From Schizochytrium sp. TIO01 (taxonomy: Eukaryota > Protista > Bigyra: Labyrinthulomycetes), in NCBI GenBank assembly GCA_004764695.1, contig SMSO01000014.1, positions 3,095,648 to 3,159,647 on the forward strand: DNA of 64,000 bases, in the 5' to 3' direction. The notes beneath the pieces were generated by a model. The model did not search any database and was not told the origin of the DNA. It was given only the letters and a program-made list of their open reading frames with translations. Within the stretch, counting starts at the first letter, position 1; each line of letters opens with the position of its first letter. Both the position numbers and the translations under genes were made by a program. Of the stretch, positions 23,175-34,019 are shown one piece after another.

Positions 23175-25189
23175 TAGGTACTACCGAAACTGGAAACTTT
23201 CAACGAGGAGACAGCGAAATTATTTCATCTTCATCCGCAGTATTTATCGAGGGAGGACTCTGCTGAGCGCTGATTTCGAGGCGCCAGGATCCCTTCCAGG
23301 CCTTCAAGACGCCCCTCGAGCAGCGCAAAATGCGTCTCTCAGCGCCTGCCGCACAGCATCAGCGATGAGTCTTAGGCATATGACTTCGAAGCGCCTGGAA
23401 ACGAAAGAGGGAACTCTTGCCGTGGTTGGTCTCAGTATTAATTCTCTTGAAGTTCTACTGAGTACTCCGCTAAGAGAACTAAGGACATAGGAAATACTGG
23501 AAGTACCCAAATGCTCATGAGCTTTGAAACAGTCGAAACTGATTCCGATGATGCGAACCTTTGCCATAAAACGAAGAAACAGCCCTCAGAAAGACGGGGA
23601 CTCACGTCGCACAGAGCAGAAGATCTGCAGAAGAGGCCTGGCATCAAAGGGGCCACCCGCTTCAGAATCGAGCTGATTATTTCACAATCTTGCAACAACC
23701 TGAATCATCGAATGCGGCAAATCGAAATTATTTGATGGTGCCCTCATCTAGGCGAACAGATAGACGCTGGTGCTAGGGTAAACACTAGGCGCCTAGTAGA
23801 GAGGGAGGGAGGGACAGTTTCACGCGTTTCCACGGTGTGTGCGAGTGAGTACTAAATACAAGTTTATAAAGGGTTGGTCAGACTCGCAAGGCGCAAAGCA
23901 GGGGCCGCCAGTGTGGCGCCTGAGTTGTCAAGTTTCCACGGACTTGCGTAGGAATCCGCAATGGAGAACCTGGGAAATCATAAAAACCTAGGCACCTTGA
24001 GGCTTAGAGGTCCTGCTGACAGGACCTCTTTGCTGGTCACCTTTCGTATGCTACAACGCATCTCAGAGTGATCTCAGCCCGCTAGCCAGCGACGCAGCCG
24101 AGACGAGGTCTGCTGCGCGCGCTTTCTGGGCACATATCGTTTCAAATATCGCAACGAGAACAGAACACTGGCGAGCGTTTCGTTTCGTTTCGTTTCTGGA
24201 GATAGATTAACCAATATGAAGAGTGAATGTCTTTCCTTCGATTGATCTCTTAGACCTCCATCGTCGTGGGAAAACGAGCAGCCATAATTCACTGGGCCTG
24301 AAGCAAGGTGACCTGGCGGCGGGACGGGTGTCCCAATTTGCCCTGTCGAGTCTGCACTGCAGCCCAACGCATGCGCTTTGCAGGCCCATCGTCGATTTAT
24401 CGACAGCACACTCATATTGGGAATTACGTCGATTGATGCCATAACAATCAATCTCTGTTGCTCAATGTTACTTTGTTTTATCAAAACATTTTTATTTAGG
24501 CCCTACATAAAATTATGTGCTGTCTAAAGAAAATGGAGTGTTTTAATGAAAAGGTAGGTAGGTACTATGGATAGGGCTCGTCAGTAGGTAGTGCTAGTAC
24601 GCGGGAGCACTAAATAAGTAAGAGGCTGTTTCTCGATAGTAAGCGTCTCTGGCGTGCAAGTGAAGTAAGTGATTTACAAGTGGAACTTTCGCGCCTATAA
24701 CTCATTTGGTGTCAAGAATACTTCACTTGCGTGGTCCCTTGCTGTCTAGACCAGTAGCACAAACCTCCTGAAAGTGGAACATTTAATTATAATCTACTGT
24801 GGAGCACGAATACTCTACTTGCAGAAGGACAGACATAGAGTGAGACAAGATATGGGTCTTGGCGTGCTAGCAATGACTAAGAGACTGCTAGCTGGTGCTG
24901 CTCATTGATGATGTTAGGCGATCAGTAGGAGTATATAGAGAAAAGGGGGGCTTAAATCAATGCAACTGTCGCCGATTTTGAAATAGAACATTGATTTTTT
25001 AATTCATTTGTTATTCTAAAAAAGAGATTGACAATCTTGCGATCAATAGATTTCTCTGTGCGACGCGACGCGAGGCGACGCGCTGCAGACCCCTGGAGCT
25101 CGCAAGGTCTGCTGCTTGATCGCGGCGTCTTCGCGTGTTCCTCCATCAACCGACCTTAATCCTCGTCCCCTTCTCCTCCTAGAGCAAGA

Positions 25190-28100
25190 ATGTCTTCCTC
25201 GGCGCTTGAAGAGAAGATTAGGCGTGCCATGGAAATGGACCTCGGGTCGCCGACAACTGCACACGACGACAACGACGGTGACAGAGACAATCTAAGCCAG
25301 CTCTCCGCAGGAATCCAAAACGAAAACGTCAAACCTCAGCGCCCCTCCACTCTCGACGCTGCCGCCCTCAAGCCCGCCACGGCACCTCGAACCGCAGTAG
25401 AGACCGGTGTAACCGCAGCCGCTGCCGCCCCTATTGATAACTTTAATAGCAACTCGAAGGTCTTGACATCAAATGATGAGCAAAAGCGGGACTCTGCCGA
25501 GAATGGAGATCAAAACCGCATTTGGAGCGCAAGGTCCGCTCAAGAGGAGGTCGCCAAGGGCCAGCAGACCGCTGCGCTCGTGTCGCCAGTGACCAGAAGC
25601 GCAGGTGAAACCAGTTCCCTTGCTGGAGGCGAAGACACCATGGCTGGGTCCGATTTGACATCTGATGAGGCCGCTGTACGCCTTGGAGGACGTCACGGAG
25701 AAGAAGAGCATCCTGAGATGGCAGCTTCAGTACAAAGGAACGGAGAAAGGAATGGTAAAAGTGAGGGGCAAGAAGATGATACTCTGGACAATGAAATTGA
25801 TAGTAGCGACAGGAACAGCGAGGAATCACCGGTGACCGCCAATGGAGGCGTTCAAGGAGTGTCGAAGTCTCCGACTCGCCAGTCGCGACCCGCGTCGCCT
25901 GGTTCCAAGCTGTATGAAAGAGCTCTTGCGAAAAGGGCAGAGCAAGATCGCAAACGACAGGAGGCCATCCAACGAGAGGCAAGCTTCAGTCCGAAGTTGG
26001 TTAGCAGCAAAAAGATTAGGGAGAATCGTGGCACCACACCTGGAAAGTCGAGATATGAAATGCTCTACGCTGATGCTGCGACCCGACAGCAACAGATGCA
26101 GCGTCGTGTTTCAGAGAATACAACCCCGGACGGCTGCACGTTCACTCCGAAGACCACCAGATATCGCCGCAAGTCCTCCGTGGACGCTGCGAATAAAGAT
26201 GGATCCGCGCCGACAACCTCTGCTGACGGTTCAGTTGGCGATGGGGCAATGCCAGGCACTCCAGGCTCTGTAAATGAATCTGGTGCAAGAGACTCACCTG
26301 GGACTGCACGTAGATCAGAGTCACTGTATGCGAACGCCAAGGCACTGCAGGCAAAGCGTAAAAGCCTTCTGGAAAACCGCCTTCGCGAGGAAGTGAAGGA
26401 ATGCTCATTCACCCCGAAAATTACTGCCCGGGCCCAAGCTAAGCGTGCAGCTTCCCCTGGCCCAACTGCTCGTATGACTGAACTTTACCAGGAAGCAAAG
26501 GCTAAGGAAGCTCGAATCCAGGCTGCCAAGGAGCGTCGCGAGCTTGAAGGGTGTACTTTTCAGCCGAATATCAATCGCCGTCGCTCTTCAAGTGGAGCTG
26601 CTGCACCAACGCCATCTCCAGATGCCGTTCAAGAGCGCCTCGCAAGATTTCAAAAGGACTCCGAACGCCGCCGGGAGAAGCTGCGCCAAGCTCAGCTCGA
26701 GAAGGAGCGCGAAGAGCTTACATTCCAGCCCAACATTCGCACCAAGTCGCGCCCATCAACGCCTCAACGAGGACCTTCTCAAGCTGCAATTCATGAGCGA
26801 CTGTATAGTGAGGCCACAAAGCAACGGAAGCAGCGCGAAGCTGCTGAAGCTGCCAAAGATGCACCGGATGGATCAAAGGCCGTCAAGAGGCCGCCTAGTC
26901 CTGGTGTTTTTGATCGCCTTGCCACGCCGAAAACCTCAGCCGGGGCCTCGGACACTCGCGAGGAGCAACTGGCCATCGAAGAACTCAAAGAATGCACCTT
27001 CTCACCTAACACGCGGCCTGGCAGCGCCCCACGCTCACGTAGAAGCGTGGGGTCTGCTGCAGGACTCACTCGTGGATCCAGCGGTGGACCCTCGGAGGCG
27101 ATCTGGAACAGACTCAGCAAAGAACACGATGGTGTTCGCGAACTTCGTGATGAAATGCGAAAGCAGCGAGAACTTAGCGAATGCACATTTAAGCCTACGA
27201 TTAATGGCACTCCGTCTGCTTCTGATAAAGCATCTGCAGATAATGTTTCGCGAGCATCCTCGTCCACGCCAATTTGGCAACGTCTTACAGACGAAGGAAA
27301 GCGCGCCAAGCAACGTGAGGAAGAGCTTGCTCGCAAGAAGGAGGCTCAAGAACTTGCCGACTGCACATTTCAACCGAAGATCTCGAAGCATCAGACAGAG
27401 GACGCTGCTGAGGAGACTTCTTCTAGCAAGGCTGGCAGTTTCAAGGAGAGTAAGCCGATCTGGGAACGTCTCGCGGACACAAAGACCCTGGCAGAAAAGC
27501 AAGATGCCTTAGAACGTCAACGTGCGGAGTCTGAACTGAAGAATTGTACATTCGCTCCCCAGCTTTCGCCCAAGGAGGAGAATCCCAAATCGCTCAAGTC
27601 GCCCACTTCTCCAACCTCTGCGTCTACTGCAAATGGCACTGCCCCGTCTCTATCCTATCTCGATCGCATCGCACAACAATCCCGATCATCTTCCTCACGT
27701 AATAACACCCCGGCGAAATCATCTGCTGCTACTATCTCTTCAACACCAGCTCAACGCTCCTCGTTGAAGAAGCCTCTTAAGCCTGTATCTGCAGCAAAAC
27801 CTTCCACTGCTGCCAAGCCAACTCCTGCCAAGTCAACTCCTGCCAAAGCAACTGGTACCAAGCCAGCTGCTGCCAAAACAACCGGTACCAAGCCAGCCGC
27901 TACAAAGCCTGCTGTTTCCCAGGCGAGCTCGCAAAAGCCTACAGCGAAGCCTAAGACCTTTGAAGGTGTTGAGACTGCTAGTGCAAGCAACGATTCTCCT
28001 GCGTCCGAGCATGCTGAGCCAGCGGCTGCTTCAGTTCCTGCTTCTACTCATGTATCTGAGGAAACGGCATCACAAGATCCTGGAATTGAAAAGGGCATCT

Positions 28101-28354
28101 CAGCTCAGGAGCCATCCACGACCCCTGTGAAGCCCCCTATGCCACCTTCTGCCACTCCTGCAACACCTCAAGCCACTCCTGCTGAAAATGGAACCTCGGA
28201 GGTAACATCTGCTGCTCGCACTCCTCTGACCACTCCTTTGACTACACAACGCTCCAACCCTCGAAGTGATTCGGCCCGAAGCTTGCATTCACTTTCGAGT
28301 CTGGAACGCAAAATTGCGAATATTATGATTGAGTCCCAGGGCGACAATGAATAG
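25190..28354 (+). CDS. 1054-aa repeat protein with about nine (E/D/G)CTFxPxI repeats and coiled segments; putative cytoskeletal/microtubule-associated protein
   Basis: Repeats ASFSPKL, GCTFTPKT, ECSFTPKI, GCTFQPNI, ELTFQPNI, ECTFSPNT, ECTFKPTI, DCTFQPKI, NCTFAPQL, each preceded by an xxRL(Y)/IWxRL motif and a charged helix; PAK/PAA-rich tail. Function is inference. Confidence 0.85.
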   Translation: MSSSALEEKIRRAMEMDLGSPTTAHDDNDGDRDNLSQLSAGIQNENVKPQRPSTLDAAALKPATAPRTAVETGVTAAAAAPIDNFNSNSKVLTSNDEQKRDSAENGDQNRIWSARSAQEEVAKGQQTAALVSPVTRSAGETSSLAGGEDTMAGSDLTSDEAAVRLGGRHGEEEHPEMAASVQRNGERNGKSEGQEDDTLDNEIDSSDRNSEESPVTANGGVQGVSKSPTRQSRPASPGSKLYERALAKRAEQDRKRQEAIQREASFSPKLVSSKKIRENRGTTPGKSRYEMLYADAATRQQQMQRRVSENTTPDGCTFTPKTTRYRRKSSVDAANKDGSAPTTSADGSVGDGAMPGTPGSVNESGARDSPGTARRSESLYANAKALQAKRKSLLENRLREEVKECSFTPKITARAQAKRAASPGPTARMTELYQEAKAKEARIQAAKERRELEGCTFQPNINRRRSSSGAAAPTPSPDAVQERLARFQKDSERRREKLRQAQLEKEREELTFQPNIRTKSRPSTPQRGPSQAAIHERLYSEATKQRKQREAAEAAKDAPDGSKAVKRPPSPGVFDRLATPKTSAGASDTREEQLAIEELKECTFSPNTRPGSAPRSRRSVGSAAGLTRGSSGGPSEAIWNRLSKEHDGVRELRDEMRKQRELSECTFKPTINGTPSASDKASADNVSRASSSTPIWQRLTDEGKRAKQREEELARKKEAQELADCTFQPKISKHQTEDAAEETSSSKAGSFKESKPIWERLADTKTLAEKQDALERQRAESELKNCTFAPQLSPKEENPKSLKSPTSPTSASTANGTAPSLSYLDRIAQQSRSSSSRNNTPAKSSAATISSTPAQRSSLKKPLKPVSAAKPSTAAKPTPAKSTPAKATGTKPAAAKTTGTKPAATKPAVSQASSQKPTAKPKTFEGVETASASNDSPASEHAEPAAASVPASTHVSEETASQDPGIEKGISAQEPSTTPVKPPMPPSATPATPQATPAENGTSEVTSAARTPLTTPLTTQRSNPRSDSARSLHSLSSLERKIANIMIESQGDNE

Positions 28355-28954
28355 TTGACTTTGGATTATGATTGTGATTAGTGTGGTATGACAATTTTTC
28401 ATGTTTGCTTCTTGTTTAAAGTTTACTGTTTTCTTTCGTTCTAAATTCTTACTGTATATTTGTTTATGCAATAGTATGAAGAACGATGCAAAAGCTAGAT
28501 CTCTCTTGCATGCATCAGGTGTGACGGCGGAATATCAACTCGGGGCATGCAGTCCTTAAAGTATCTTAAATTCCGGGAGCATTTTTACTTTCTTACAACA
28601 TTAGGCTCCTTGATCTTGCATGATGAACTTAGCATCTGCTGCAATTTATTTGCAAGGAAATATGGTTTGACAGATTTTTCATCGTATCAAGACGCTCTGT
28701 TCAATTCTTATATACTTGTATGTATGATGATGTCAGCCACTTTCCAAATTGCATCGCTAGGGTATTGAACAAGAAAATTCACATTCTCTGGAAGTTGTAC
28801 TATAAAAGAATATCACGTTTAAGATCGTATTACGGACACCAGAATTATATGCCTTGCCCATCACGGAATGAATTTACGACACATTGGTAAGTGCCAAGCG
28901 AATTGAATCCTCTGCAGTTTGCACTTGAGGTGGAAGCTGATGGACTCATCAAAT

Positions 28955-30084
28955 TTAATTCTTGTAGCATGCGGCTTCGAAGGTCTCAAGCTCCTTGAGG
29001 GTCTTCTCAAGGTCAGTGCGGATCTCATCACTCGGGTTGTTGACAAGCGCAGTCTGATATGCAGCGCGAGCACCACCTGCAAGGAGGTGGATAGCGACCT
29101 TGGCATCGGAGATGATCTGCGGGTTGCAAATGGGGAGAAACTCATACACAGCCTGGGCCTGGGCGTGGCAAGTGTTAACAAGCTTGATAGGCACGCCAAG
29201 AGCGTCGACCTTGATCTTGTCGACCTCTTCAGAAGAAAGGCCAGAGTCTTTCTTCCAGGTCTTTTGCAGGCTAGCGTAGGCGTCGGCATCCTCATCAGCG
29301 ATGTTTAGGCACTCCGTAGCGGCAGTGGAAAGAGAAGCAGCAAGGGCCTCAGCCTTCTCAGCAGTACCATTCTCCTTGAACTTCTTGGAGGTAGTGTAGA
29401 TCGCAGCCATGCTACCGCTGGCAGCACCAAGGCTTGCCGCTACTGCAGCAGCGGCTCCACCACCCTGTCAAATTCCGAATGCGATATATGATCAAACAAG
29501 ACCATGCGTGCGAGTTAGTACGATCATTTTCAGCCAGATGGAATGCTAAAACTGGGTTGTAACTAAAATTGAGTGAATGAGGACTTGCGTGTATTTCACG
29601 ACAATCGATGCCACACTATTTCAAGTACTTCTTCAACCAAATCAACGTACCGGGGTGGGGGCCTACTCATGAATTGTCATAGGGATCCATTTGGAGTTAA
29701 TTGTATGCAAAACCAAGGTGTATCCAATCCATTAAGATCAAGTTAGCTATCCAACCATTCAATCAATCTCTACCCCTGACGCAAGTGCTCTTTGAGGCTA
29801 CCACGTCGTCCTCCGACTATCCCTTCGCCTGCTTGGGCTGTCTGGAGTCTTGCTCTGAGTAAGCTTGGCAGCTGTAATAGTGAACTTTGTTTAGTACAAT
29901 GTGTGGCCAAGTCTGTCTGCCCGGTTCTTTCCTAGCTCCAAGCAGGCGCAAACTTGTCGAGTGAATGCTAAAACTTCACACGGAGTTCCTAGACGCATCT
30001 CCACGGCGCTCGCCAGCGGTGACCTACCTTGGCTGCGAGCTGCGTGACGAACTCTTTGAGGACGATATCTCCGGCCTTCATCAT
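28955..30084 (-). CDS. Stand-alone formiminotetrahydrofolate cyclodeaminase / methenyl-THF cyclohydrolase (FTCD_C family), 3 exons
   Basis: Exon 1 30084-30028 (MMKAGDIVLKEFVTQLAAK|GTAGGT), microexon 29662-29651 (APTP, TAG|...|GTACGT), exon 3 29464-28955 (GGGAAAAVAASLGAASGSMAAIYT...ADEDADAY...CNPQIISDAKVAIHLL...TALVN). Splicing restores the family PTPGGG motif. Confidence 0.9.
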
Positions 30085-31600
30085 GCTTGGGTTTCTGCGG
30101 GTCGAGGACCACGAGTCTTCTTCTCTCCTTCTTCTTAGCTAGGTGGTGGCAAGGGCTTGAGTAGTAAGCTTTTGCTCTCCTATCTTTGAGAATACTTAGT
30201 GCTGCCTAGTCTTCGTAGAGAGGGCTATACTCGACTTGCAAGGCTATGCTCCACTTTGGTTATCCACTTTGTGACGATATACTTCACTTTATAGAGCTGC
30301 GGATACTTACTCTGCTACTTCTTCTCCGCTTTTTTGCTGCTGCAATCAGCCCTCATATGTACAGACGCTACAAGCAAATTAGTATGACACGCGTTGATGG
30401 CTTGTATGCGGCACATTTAATCAATAGCAAGATTTCACGCATTTGTCACATCGTACCGACTGTATTAACTATAGAGGTCTGGGATGGTAAAAGCGCTTTG
30501 ATTGAACAATGACGGAGTAGGTTCGTAGCTCTGTACTGCAACAGCAATACTTAATTAAAGACAGCGGGTCCGTGAACCCAACGATGGTATCGCCGAAAAG
30601 AAATATTGGCTCAAAACTGAGTGCAGAAAATCATATGGAAACCAGTCAGAGAGGAGATGCTGGCTAGCTTCTTCTTCTGTTGTAGACCTCTAAAAGTAGT
30701 TGAAAGGGATAACCAAATAATACAAAATGATCGAAAGTCTAAGCGTCGAGTGGGTAGGTATTTAGGTAACTTCCGCTCTTCTTCAGCATATGGACAACTT
30801 GTTTTTGAGTAGAAGGTAGTACAAATAAATCGACAAATTATCTCGATCGAAACCACGAGCAATAGCAACGCCAGAGATGAATTGGCGAGTCCAGGACCAA
30901 TCGCAATTATCAGATGGGCGACTTATTAGTTCAGTCAGGCCCTGAAAAAGAAGCCAAATCATATCTAAGAAAACAAACGTGGGGAAGAGGAGAAGATTAT
31001 CTATCATTCACGGCCTAGTATTTCATTCAATTTTAAGAGCATACGTACTTATATATTCTCTGGTATCTCCTTAGTGCTATTTTATTTGCAATTCAACCAC
31101 CTTGAGCAAGTGCAGTGATGGAGAAGTTCGGGAATGCGCAATCCTACGTGTTCTGCATATAGGCCCCTACTGATGTGTGCGGCCCTCATGTGCACAAGAA
31201 TATCCTCGCGCGCGCCTCCCATATTGTGCAACTAATATCAACTCCCGGCAACCCTCTTTGCTATTAGAAAGCTTGTATTAAGAAAAGAGCAAAGAGGTAG
31301 GCAGAAAGTAGACCCGCAGAGAGGGAGAAAGAGGAAGGTAGAAGCTGTGAGGGAACTTATAAAAAAGATTGGCTGTTAGGTATTATGAGAGGGCGTTTGT
31401 TCCAGAGCGAGGAGACACCTATAAAATTTGTAGTAGAAATATAGGAGCAGGAATCATGCCGAGGTGGCAAAACCGGAATTGCAATAATACAGAGAGATTG
31501 ATCAAACATAACGATAGATAGATCGATTGCAGATCGCGATCGAGTAAGCGAACAATTGGCGAATCGAGCGTTTAGTTTGAAGGACTCTGAAGAAGCAAGC

Positions 31601-33254
31601 ATGTACGTGACAGTCATCGGCGGTGGCAACTCCACGGCGATCTTCGCCACTCTTGCCAAGAAAGCTGGTCACGAGGTGGCTATCTTGACCCGCAAGCCTG
31701 AAGCATGGTCTAAGACCGTGGGCTTCGCTAACGAGGACAAGGAGTACCTCGACGGCGAGGAGAACTTTGAGGCCGAGGTTGACCTTATCACTAAGGACCC
31801 CGCTGAGTGCATTCCGCAATCTGACCTCATCTTCATCGCAGGTGTGCCCATTCACCACAACCCGGCTATTCTCAAGGACACCGTGGCACCCCACCTTAAC
31901 CGCGAAAAGCAGGTTTTCGTTGGCAGCATTTGCGCGTACGGTGGATTCAACTGGGTCTGCGCCGATGCCCTTGGCAAGGGCAACTACATCATCTTTGGCA
32001 CTCAGCTTATCCCGTGGTGCTGTGGCACCAAGGAGTACGGTAAGACTGGTGTCGTCTTTGGCGCCAAGCGCATGCTTCGCGTTGCTACCGAGGACGGCAA
32101 GGACGAGCACGGTGTCAAGAAGATTCTCCAGGACATTCTTAAGATCCCTGATGTTCGCGACACCGACTTTCTCGCATCCACACTTTGGCCGAACAACGTA
32201 AGTTTTTCCAATTTCTTAAAAGTTTTCCACGTGCAAGCGGCTGTTATCTCAACTCAAGAGCACGCGTATCTTCAACCATATAGAAACGACTAGAAAGATG
32301 CAGAGAGTGTCCAATTCCAAATTACAAGCTAGACTGCTAAGAATTGCCACAAAGGTAGCTAGCTGATCTAGGTTTTTGGCGAACGGCGACTAACTTAAAC
32401 CCCTTATGCTCTTGTTTGAATTGAATCGAATGTACTATAGTCTTCCCTTCACCCGCCCATCCTCTACGGCCTCTTCAAGGACTGGGATGGCAAGACTGGC
32501 TACGACAAGGAGTCCCTCCCTGTCCGAATTTACGCTGAGCTGACCGACGAGTCTGCCCAGGCCCTCGCTGACTTCGATGATGAGCTTTGCGCCATCGTTG
32601 ATGCCCTGAAGGTACACTACCCGGACAACAAGCACCTCCACGAGGACTACCGTCTCCGCAGCTGCATCATTGAAAACTACAAGGACCAGGTTGGCGACTC
32701 TTCCACCCTCAAGTCCACTGTCAAGACCACCAAGGCCTTTGGCTCCCACAACATTCCGTATCAGACCCTCGAGGACGGCAAGATCGTGCCTATCATCGCA
32801 CACAAGTTCTTTGAGACCGATCTCAGCTTCGTAAGTTACTCTCACCTTGGAAACATCGTGTCGCCATGTCATGTTTCCCTTATTTTCAAGATGAACCAAA
32901 GCCTAGGCTACCTGAGTAAGATTTTGATGTACTAACATGGTTACATTTGACCGTTTTCGTGTGTTTTTGCAATTGTATTATGATTACCTACACGCAATCT
33001 AACTTCTCAATTGAAATCGCGTTGACTGCATTCCACATTAAACTAAATAGGGTGTGACCACCTTCATTGACATCGCCAACATGCTCGGTGTTGAGGTGCC
33101 GACCATGAAGGCAATCGCCCGTTGGAACCAGAAGCTCATCAACAAGGACTACATCACCGACTCTGACAAGATTGACGGCAAGGACGCTGGCGAATGCATT
33201 TTGCCTTCGGCCTACGGTCTTGATGAGAAGAGCCTCGATAAGGGTCGCCGCTAA
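31601..33254 (+). CDS. NAD-dependent opine/octopine dehydrogenase family protein, 3 exons, about 396 aa
   Basis: Exon 1 31601-32197 (Rossmann MYVTVIGGGNS...TQLIPWCC), exon 2 32441-32830 (SSLHPPILYGLFKDWDGK...HKFFETDLSF), exon 3 33051-33254 (GVTTFIDIANMLGVEVPTMKAIARWNQ). GTAAGT donors, TAG acceptors, all phase 0. Motifs match opine DH (HPxIxYG; FxEDxxxG...A...GVxxP). Confidence 0.88.
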
Positions 33255-34019
33255 AAACTCTATGTTGTTATAATCATCATCATTGCTAGCTGACATGTTC
33301 TGTTCTTCTTCTTTATTTCCTTTATCTTCTGGCTCTTGCTCATTCATTCATTATATTCTGGAGTGCATTTTCCACCATTCAGAGTGTGGTCCTACCAATC
33401 CTCTTGCTTGGGTTTAAACTCACGGCAAAGTATATTATTGCTAGTGCATACAAGTTTTTCTTCAGTGCTAGGTACCTTGAGAAGTTTGTATTTTCGCTTG
33501 CTAGAAAATCTAAAAGAATATTTAGATGGTAGACGAGTTCTCGATTATGGTTTACCCAAGCGAGCATGACTGTTGTCTACGTTTTGAATGGGCGAAGTGC
33601 TCATGTAGAGAGGAAATGATGGCCTTGCATGATGCCTAGCTAACCAACCTCCATTATGCCCTTTCTAGCTATATAGAAATTAGAAACGATCACAATCTTG
33701 CATAGAAATTTAAAAGAAAAGAAAAGAAAAAGAAGAGACCTCCCCGCAACCCCAAAGAGAAAAAGGTACAGTGAGGCAACTGATCGTTTTCATTGAGGAA
33801 AATGCATTTATCCTTACAAACCCTAAACTCAGAGGTGTTTCTCTCCTCTTGAAAAAAAAATATTCAACGTAAGGATCCTAATTTCATACTCGAAACTGGT
33901 TGGTCGAAGTATTCTACCACTATACGGTCATGATAGAATTGCAAGACGTTTGCTCCAAAAACATATTGCATAAATGGTCAGAGAGCACTGCCTGGCCATA
34001 ACAAAAAAGGAAGATTTTC

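Noticed and set aside
26544-27512. 322-aa alternative-frame ORF inside the repeat protein (and similar shadow ORFs at 1743-2516, 17836-18585, 31502-32110, 39486-40157)
   Set aside because: Overlapping or antisense shadows of well-supported genes with biased codon use; no recognisable motifs.
31556-32293. ORF-track version of the dehydrogenase (245 aa)
   Set aside because: It runs into intron 1 after NN|GTAAGT at 32198; the spliced three-exon model restores the family motifs.
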